A stretch of DNA of 23,432 nucleotides from a virus (taxonomy: Duplodnaviria; Heunggongvirae; Uroviricota; Caudoviricetes): the IMG/VR virus record IMGVR_UViG_2531839127_000024, positions 1 to 23,432 of that record; one strand, written 5' to 3'. Under the pieces are notes generated by a model that was given only the letters and a program-made list of their open reading frames with translations, did no database searches and was not told the DNA's origin. A program made the translations under genes and the position numbers. This document shows, one piece after another, positions 17,993 to 23,432 of this stretch. How positions within the stretch are numbered: the stretch's first letter is position 1; each line of letters starts with the position of its first letter.

Positions 17993-18628
17993 ATGAACAC
18001 TCTCGCAAATATTCAGGAACTCGCGCGCGCACTGCGCAACATGATCCGCACCGGCCTTGTCGTCGAAACCAACCTTAAAGCCGGTCGCTGCCGTGTGCAG
18101 ACCGGCGGCATGTGCACCGACTGGCTTCAGTGGCTGACCTGTCGTGCCGGGCGTTCGCGCACATGGTGGGCACCTTCCGTGGGGGAGCAGGTGCTGATTC
18201 TGGCCGTGGGCGGTGAACTTGACACGGCGTTTGTTCTGCCGGGGATTTATTCCGGCGATAACCCCGCGCCGTCTGCGTCGGCGGATGCCCTGCATATCCG
18301 TTTCCCTGACGGGGCGGTGATTGAGTATGAACCTGAAACCAGTGCACTGACGGTAAGCGGAATTAAAACGGCCAGCGTGACGGCTTCTGATTCTGTTACT
18401 GCCACGGTGCCGGTGGTCATGGTGAAAGCGTCAACCCGCATCACCCTGGACACCCCGGAGGTGGTCTGCACCAACAGACTGATTACCGGCACGCTGGAAG
18501 TGCAGAAGGGCGGGACGATGCGCGGCAACATTAAACATACCGGCGGTGAACTCTCATCAAACGGTAAGGTACTGCATACCCATAAACACCCCGGCGACAG
18601 CGGCGGCACAACCGGGAGTCCTCTATGA
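17993..18628 (+). CDS. V: Baseplate spike/assembly protein V (211 aa)
   Basis: Length equals P2 gpV; first gene of the baseplate operon. Confidence 0.9.
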   Translation: MNTLANIQELARALRNMIRTGLVVETNLKAGRCRVQTGGMCTDWLQWLTCRAGRSRTWWAPSVGEQVLILAVGGELDTAFVLPGIYSGDNPAPSASADALHIRFPDGAVIEYEPETSALTVSGIKTASVTASDSVTATVPVVMVKASTRITLDTPEVVCTNRLITGTLEVQKGGTMRGNIKHTGGELSSNGKVLHTHKHPGDSGGTTGSPL

Positions 18629-18972
18629 CAGCACGTTATCTCGGAATGAATCGCAGTGATGGCCAGACTGTCACTGACCTTGAGCATATCAGCCAGAGTA
18701 TCGGCGATATCCTGCGCACACCGGTCGGCTCACGAGTGATGCGTCGTGATTACGGCTCGTTGCTGGCGTCAATGATTGACCAGCCGCAGACCCCGGCGCT
18801 TGAGTTGCAGATTAAGGTCGCCTGTTACATGGCGGTGCTGAAATGGGAACCCCGCGTCACCCTGTCATCTGTCACCACGGCGCGCAGTTTTGACGGGCGA
18901 ATGACGGTCACGTTAACCGGCCAGCACAACGACACCGGCCAGCCACTTTCGTTAACCATCCCTGTGAGTTGA
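18625..18972 (+). CDS. W: Baseplate wedge protein W (gp25-like), 115 aa
   Basis: Length equals P2 gpW; ATGA overlap with V. Confidence 0.9.
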   Translation: MTARYLGMNRSDGQTVTDLEHISQSIGDILRTPVGSRVMRRDYGSLLASMIDQPQTPALELQIKVACYMAVLKWEPRVTLSSVTTARSFDGRMTVTLTGQHNDTGQPLSLTIPVS

Positions 18973-18976
18973 AACC

Positions 18977-19885
18977 ATGCCGATTATCGACCTGAACCAG
19001 CTACCCGCACCGGATGTGGTCGAGGAGCTGGACTTTGAAACCATTCTCGCCGAACGCAAGGCGACACTGATTTCCCTTTACCCGGAAGACCAGCAGGAGG
19101 CGGTCGCCCGTACCCTGACGCTGGAATCCGAGCCTCTCGTCAAACTGCTGGAGGAAAATGCTTATCGTGAGCTTATCTGGCGTCAGCGTGTGAATGAGGC
19201 CGCACGGGCGGTGATGCTGGCCTGTGCCGCCGGTAATGACCTTGATGTGATTGGTGCCAATTACAACACCACGCGCCTGATTATCACTCCGGCAGATGAT
19301 TCGACTATCCCGCCGACACCGGCAGTGATGGAATCTGACACCGATTATCGTCTGCGTATTCAGCAGGCGTTTGAGGGCTTAAGCGTCGCCGGGTCGGTGG
19401 GAGCCTATCAGTATCATGGTCGCAGTGCCGACGGGCGTGTCGCGGATATCTCTGTCACCAGTCCGTCTCCGGCCTGCGTCACCATCTCCGTACTGTCACG
19501 TGAAAATAACGGTGTCGCATCCGAAGACCTGCTGGCTGTGGTGCGTAACGCCCTTAATGGCGAGGACGTCAGGCCGGTGGCCGACCGCGTGACCGTGCAG
19601 TCTGCCGCCATCGTTGAATACCAGATAAACGCCACGCTTTACCTTTACCCTGGTCCCGAAAGCGAACCCATCCGCGCTGCCGCCGTGAAAAAACTGGAAG
19701 CGTATATCACGGCACAGCACCGGCTGGGGCGTGACATCCGTCTGTCTGCCATTTATGCCGCTTTGCATGTGGAAGGTGTGCAGCGTGTCGAACTGGCTGC
19801 ACCACTGGCCGACATCGTGCTCAACAGTACGCAGGCGTCTTTCTGTACCGAATACCGCGTCGTGACCGGAGGCTCGGATGAGTGA
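18977..19885 (+). CDS. J: Baseplate protein J (302 aa)
   Basis: Length equals P2 gpJ; synteny. Confidence 0.9.
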   Translation: MPIIDLNQLPAPDVVEELDFETILAERKATLISLYPEDQQEAVARTLTLESEPLVKLLEENAYRELIWRQRVNEAARAVMLACAAGNDLDVIGANYNTTRLIITPADDSTIPPTPAVMESDTDYRLRIQQAFEGLSVAGSVGAYQYHGRSADGRVADISVTSPSPACVTISVLSRENNGVASEDLLAVVRNALNGEDVRPVADRVTVQSAAIVEYQINATLYLYPGPESEPIRAAAVKKLEAYITAQHRLGRDIRLSAIYAALHVEGVQRVELAAPLADIVLNSTQASFCTEYRVVTGGSDE

Positions 19886-20489
19886 TTCGCGACTGCTGCC
19901 GACCGGCTCATCACTGCTTGAAGTTGCCGCCGCAAAAGCCTGTGCGGAAATTGAAAAAACGCCGGTCAGTATTCGTGAGCTGTGGAACCCGGATACCTGT
20001 CCGGCAAATCTGCTGCCGTGGCTGGCGTGGTCATTTTCGGTTGACCGCTGGGATGATAAGTGGCCGGAAGCGACAAAACGCGCTGTTATCCGCGATGCGT
20101 ATTTCATTCACTGCCATAAGGGCACTATTGGTGCGATTCGCCGTGTGGTGGAGCCACTCGGCTATCTGATTGAGGTGAGGGAGTGGTGGCAGCTCAACGA
20201 GGAGCCGGGGACGTTCCGTATCGTTGTCGGCGTGCTTGAGCAGGGTATTACCGAGGAAATGTATCAGGAGCTGGAGCGCCTCGTTGCTGATGCAAAACCG
20301 GCAAGCCGCCATCTGACGGGACTGGCTATCAGTTTAAGTACAACCGGCAACATTTTTGCCGGTGCGGGATGCTATCACGGCGACGCCCTGACGGTTTATC
20401 CCTACACCCCGGAGGCCATTATTGTCGGAGGGGATTATTTCCCGGCCTCGGCCATTCATTTAATTGATAACCTGAGAGTAAACGCATGA
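19878..20489 (+). CDS. I: Baseplate/tail protein I (203 aa)
   Basis: GGAGG RBS; overlaps the J stop and the H start; synteny with P2 I. Confidence 0.85.
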   Translation: MSDSRLLPTGSSLLEVAAAKACAEIEKTPVSIRELWNPDTCPANLLPWLAWSFSVDRWDDKWPEATKRAVIRDAYFIHCHKGTIGAIRRVVEPLGYLIEVREWWQLNEEPGTFRIVVGVLEQGITEEMYQELERLVADAKPASRHLTGLAISLSTTGNIFAGAGCYHGDALTVYPYTPEAIIVGGDYFPASAIHLIDNLRVNA

Positions 20490-21898
20490 CAGTGAAATAC
20501 TACGCCATTCTGACTAATCAGGGCGCAGCACGGCTGGCTAACGCGACGATGCTCGGCAGTAAGCTGAATCTGACGCAAATGGCCGTTGGTGATGCGAATG
20601 GTGTCTTGCCGACACCAGACCCGGCACAGACAAAACTGATTAACCAGAAACGCATCGCGCCGCTGAATCTTCTGAGTGTTGACCCGAACAACCAGAGCCA
20701 GATTATTGCGGAGCAAATCATCCCTGAGAACGAGGGCGGATTCTGGATCCGTGAGATTGGGCTTTATGATGATGAAGGCGTACTCATTGCGGTGGCGAAC
20801 TGCCCGGAAACGTACAAACCGCAGTTGCAGGAAGGCAGCGGTCGTACCCAGACTATCCGCATGATTCTGGTTGTCACGAATACCGAAGCCATCACGCTGA
20901 AAATCGACCCGTCGGTGGTACTGGCGACCCGTAAATACGTGGATGATGAAGTCCTGGAATTAAAGCTGTATGTGGATGACCAGATGAGAAACCACATTGC
21001 CGCACAGGATCCTCATACCCAGTATGCACAGAAACATAATCCGACATTTACCGGAGAACCAAAAGCGCCGACGCCTGCCGCAGGAAATAACACCACGCGG
21101 ATTGCGACCACTGCGTTTGTACAGGCCGCTATTACCGCTCTGATTAACGGTGCGCCTGCCACGCTGGATACACTGAAAGAAATTGCCGCAGCCATTAACA
21201 ATGACCCGAAATTCAGCACCACCATTAACAATGCGCTGTCAGGTAAGCAGCCACTGGATGAGACGCTGACTCATTTGAGTGGGAAGGATGTTGCCGGTCT
21301 TCTCGCATACCTTGGTTTGGGAGAAGGCTCTGCATTACCTGTTGGTGTCCCTGTTCCGTGGCCTTCAGCCACTCCGCCAACAGGCTGGCTGAAATGCAAT
21401 GGTGCGGCTTTTTCTGCTGAAGAATACCCGGAACTGGCAAAGGCTTACCCGACAAATAAATTGCCAGATTTACGTGGTGAGTTTATTCGTGGCTGGGATG
21501 ACGGGCGAGGGATTGATGAGGGGCGCATACTTCTCAGTTGTCAGAGTTTTGCTTTCCAGGACCATGCGCACGCTCTGCCAACCGGAGTGGGTAATCCGTC
21601 AGACCAGATGGAAAGCGATATCTATGCGGTTTTCAACGATGTACCAGAAATACCCAGTGCGGCCCTGAGTCCATCGTCGTCAGGAACATCATGGGACGCA
21701 ACCAGTAGGGCAGACAAGGTAATCCTTTATCGCAAGGACCTTTCACCAACAGGTAATAACAACGCAATAGCGACCGGATTACCACCATTCAGGACTTACA
21801 GGGCATCGACCTCAGACGGTGTTACTCATCCGTCCGTGTACGCATCTGAAACCCGTCCGCGCAACATTGCATTTAACTACATCGTGAGGGCTGCATAA
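20486..21898 (+). CDS. H: Tail fibre protein H (470 aa): conserved N-terminus, shared shaft segment, and collar-type receptor-binding tip
   Basis: N-terminus is P2 H-like (GGFWIREIGLYDDEGVLIAVAN); C-terminal tip has tail-collar-like motifs (LPDLRGEFIRGWDDGRGID, ETRPRNIAFNYIVRA). Residues encoded by 20879-21326 are duplicated in inverted orientation downstream. Confidence 0.9.
   Translation: MTVKYYAILTNQGAARLANATMLGSKLNLTQMAVGDANGVLPTPDPAQTKLINQKRIAPLNLLSVDPNNQSQIIAEQIIPENEGGFWIREIGLYDDEGVLIAVANCPETYKPQLQEGSGRTQTIRMILVVTNTEAITLKIDPSVVLATRKYVDDEVLELKLYVDDQMRNHIAAQDPHTQYAQKHNPTFTGEPKAPTPAAGNNTTRIATTAFVQAAITALINGAPATLDTLKEIAAAINNDPKFSTTINNALSGKQPLDETLTHLSGKDVAGLLAYLGLGEGSALPVGVPVPWPSATPPTGWLKCNGAAFSAEEYPELAKAYPTNKLPDLRGEFIRGWDDGRGIDEGRILLSCQSFAFQDHAHALPTGVGNPSDQMESDIYAVFNDVPEIPSAALSPSSSGTSWDATSRADKVILYRKDLSPTGNNNAIATGLPPFRTYRASTSDGVTHPSVYASETRPRNIAFNYIVRAA
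20879..21326 (+). repeat. Left arm of 448-bp perfect inverted repeat (inside H)
   Basis: Reverse complement of 22985-23432 is identical at every block I compared (position p pairs with 44311 minus p); truncated by the window end, so true length is at least 448 bp. Confidence 0.9.
21300..21325 (+). other. Candidate 26-bp serine-invertase crossover site (hix/gix/cix-like), left
   Basis: TTCTCGCATACC-TT-GGTTTGGGAGAA: two imperfect 12-bp inverted half-sites of the TTnTCnnAAACC type around a central dinucleotide, ending 1 bp inside the inner boundary of the inverted repeat. Confidence 0.6.
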
Positions 21899-22503
21899 TG
21901 GCGAAAGCAAAATTAAACAGTGCGTTTATTGCCACCGTGGCAGGAGAAATCACTGTGTACAACTACCGGGGCGACACCCGCGAATACATATCCTCATCGG
22001 TTGAGTATCTGCCTGTGGGGGTGGGTATTCCTGCCAATTCCTGTACCGATGCGCCCGGCACACATAAGGCTGGTTATGCAATCTGCCGTTCTGCAGATTT
22101 TAACTCATGGGAATATGTGCCAGACCATCGCGGTGAAATTGTCTATGGCATCGAAACGGGGGAATCAAAAGAAATTACTGTGCCGGGGGATTACCCTGAA
22201 AATACGACCACTTTTGCCCCATTAACGCCATACGATAAATGGGATGGTGAGAAATGGGTAACAGATACCGAGGCACAGCATAGCGCCGCAGTAGATGCAG
22301 CAGAAGTACAGCGCCAGTCTCTGATTGATGCTGCTATGGCTTCCATCAGTCTGATTCAGCTGAAATTGCAGGCCGGACGTAAACTGACGCAGGCAGAAAC
22401 AACCCGCCTTAACGCTGTGCTGGATTACATTGACGCGGTGACGGCAATAGATACCAGCACCGCGCCTGATATTATTTGGCCTGTATTCCCTGAGACTGAT
22501 TAA
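21898..22503 (+). CDS. G: Tail fibre assembly chaperone (Tfa/gpG-like), 201 aa
   Basis: ATG overlaps the H stop; N-terminal VYNYRGDTREY...LPANSCTDAP is typical of lambda Tfa/Mu U-type chaperones. Confidence 0.85.
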   Translation: MAKAKLNSAFIATVAGEITVYNYRGDTREYISSSVEYLPVGVGIPANSCTDAPGTHKAGYAICRSADFNSWEYVPDHRGEIVYGIETGESKEITVPGDYPENTTTFAPLTPYDKWDGEKWVTDTEAQHSAAVDAAEVQRQSLIDAAMASISLIQLKLQAGRKLTQAETTRLNAVLDYIDAVTAIDTSTAPDIIWPVFPETD

Positions 22504-22669
22504 CCTCAATCAGTATTGGTTCGCCTTTCTCATTAATTGTTAGCTCCATGCCCTGAGGAATTTCTGTCATAGTAAAAAACCAGTTGTCCTCCGGTAATTC
22601 AATAGCCCCGGTCACGTCATGAAGACCGGGGATTACTTCAGTCAAAGTAACTGGATTAAACAGGCGCAC
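22472..22669 (-). CDS. Putative short alternative tail fibre assembly chaperone (65-86 aa depending on start)
   Basis: Minus-strand ORF immediately downstream of the alternative fibre tip; GGAGGG RBS before GTG at 22669 (track start 22732); 3' end overlaps G convergently by 32 nt. No Tfa motif recognised, so the call is positional. Confidence 0.4.
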   Translation of the reverse strand: MRLFNPVTLTEVIPGLHDVTGAIELPEDNWFFTMTEIPQGMELTINEKGEPILIEVNQSQGIQAK

Positions 22670-23432
22670 AATAAACCCTCCATGAAAAAGCATTTGATGA
22701 TGGTCTGCCGTCGTACATCTGGCAGCGGGCATAAAAGCCGGTATTTGTTACCTGATCATCCACGATCATTGAAACGTGAACATTATTAGGTGTGCTCTCG
22801 TAATCCGTTCTTATTCTTTCTGCGATACTGATAAAACGTGAAAGTTTAGGCAGTGCAATTGGGTAAACGACTTTAGCCAGTCCATTATCATTAGATCCAC
22901 CGGTTCCAAATACTTCTATTGCACCATCTGACCAGCGTACCCATGCACCATTGGCATTAGCTCCTCGCTGAATGACATATCTGGCTTCTCCCAAACCAAG
23001 GTATGCGAGAAGACCGGCAACATCCTTCCCACTCAAATGAGTCAGCGTCTCATCCAGTGGCTGCTTACCTGACAGCGCATTGTTAATGGTGGTGCTGAAT
23101 TTCGGGTCATTGTTAATGGCTGCGGCAATTTCTTTCAGTGTATCCAGCGTGGCAGGCGCACCGTTAATCAGAGCGGTAATAGCGGCCTGTACAAACGCAG
23201 TGGTCGCAATCCGCGTGGTGTTATTTCCTGCGGCAGGCGTCGGCGCTTTTGGTTCTCCGGTAAATGTCGGATTATGTTTCTGTGCATACTGGGTATGAGG
23301 ATCCTGTGCGGCAATGTGGTTTCTCATCTGGTCATCCACATACAGCTTTAATTCCAGGACTTCATCATCCACGTATTTACGGGTCGCCAGTACCACCGAC
23401 GGGTCGATTTTCAGCGTGATGGCTTCGGTATT
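22656..23432 (-). CDS. Alternative tail fibre gene or gene segment, partial; 5' end beyond the window
   Basis: Minus-strand ORF whose first 149 codons in the window are identical to H (inverted repeat) and then diverge into a different 110-aa C-terminal tip; no in-frame stop up to the window edge. Confidence 0.75.
   Translation of the reverse strand, partial: NTEAITLKIDPSVVLATRKYVDDEVLELKLYVDDQMRNHIAAQDPHTQYAQKHNPTFTGEPKAPTPAAGNNTTRIATTAFVQAAITALINGAPATLDTLKEIAAAINNDPKFSTTINNALSGKQPLDETLTHLSGKDVAGLLAYLGLGEARYVIQRGANANGAWVRWSDGAIEVFGTGGSNDNGLAKVVYPIALPKLSRFISIAERIRTDYESTPNNVHVSMIVDDQVTNTGFYARCQMYDGRPSSNAFSWRVYCAPV
22985..23432 (-). repeat. Right arm of 448-bp perfect inverted repeat (truncated by window end)
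   Basis: See left arm; identity stops exactly at 21326/22985. Confidence 0.9.
22986..23011 (-). other. Candidate 26-bp serine-invertase crossover site (hix/gix/cix-like), right
   Basis: TTCTCCCAAACC-AA-GGTATGCGAGAA read on the plus strand; inverted copy of the left site, again at the inner repeat boundary. Confidence 0.6.

Larger units (their letters stand above)
1..23432. mobile_element. P2-like temperate phage genome in prophage/circular form, partial (left attachment site and region right of the tail fibres lie outside the window)
   Basis: Complete P2 gene order int-C-cox-B-A ... cos ... Q-P/O-N-M-L-X-Y-K-lysAB-R-S-V-W-J-I-H-G; many products match P2 protein lengths exactly as I recall them; cos site is internal. 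Confidence 0.9.

Noticed and set aside
12085-20312. Other overlapping track ORFs inside O, N, M, L, lysA, S/V, J and I (for example 12627-13217, 13863-14462, 16086-16487, 17771-18295, 19496-20107)
   Set aside because: Same reasoning: shadow ORFs in the frames of confidently called genes whose lengths match P2 proteins.
20800-20830. AAACC-containing sequence in H (about 20813-20838) as an additional crossover site
   Set aside because: Half-sites match the hix-type pattern poorly (four or more mismatches each) and it is not at a homology boundary.
21013-23298. Two identical 72-aa ORFs (21013-21231 minus and 23080-23298 plus)
   Set aside because: They are antisense to the tail-fibre coding sequence and identical only because they sit inside the two arms of the inverted repeat; no independent evidence of coding.
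1-23432. tRNA, rRNA or CRISPR arrays
   Set aside because: No cloverleaf-like candidates adjacent to int within the window (att lies left of position 1) and no short regularly spaced direct repeats anywhere.

Overview
The window is almost entirely a P2-like (Peduovirus-type) temperate phage in prophage or circular topology, with the cohesive-end site internal. Gene order is colinear with P2: int, C, cox, B, orf80-83, A, orf91-like, then a cargo island, cos, Q-P (minus strand), O-N-M-L, X, lysis cassette Y-K-lysA-lysB/lysC, R-S, baseplate V-W-J-I, tail fibre H and G. Calls rest on the translated ORFs, on synteny, and on exact length matches to P2 proteins as I recall them; no database search was run. 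Two regions stand out. (1) At the position where P2 carries tin/old (between orf91 and cos) there is a roughly 2.1 kb AT-rich island encoding two unrecognised membrane-associated proteins of about 245 and 260 aa; this is a known defence hotspot and the best candidate for an undescribed exclusion or defence module. (2) The tail-fibre region is a DNA-inversion module: a 448-bp perfect inverted repeat (truncated by the window end) with 26-bp hix/gix/cix-like sites exactly at the inner repeat boundaries, flanking two alternative fibre tips and chaperones. The invertase itself is not in the window. No tRNA, rRNA or CRISPR array was seen.
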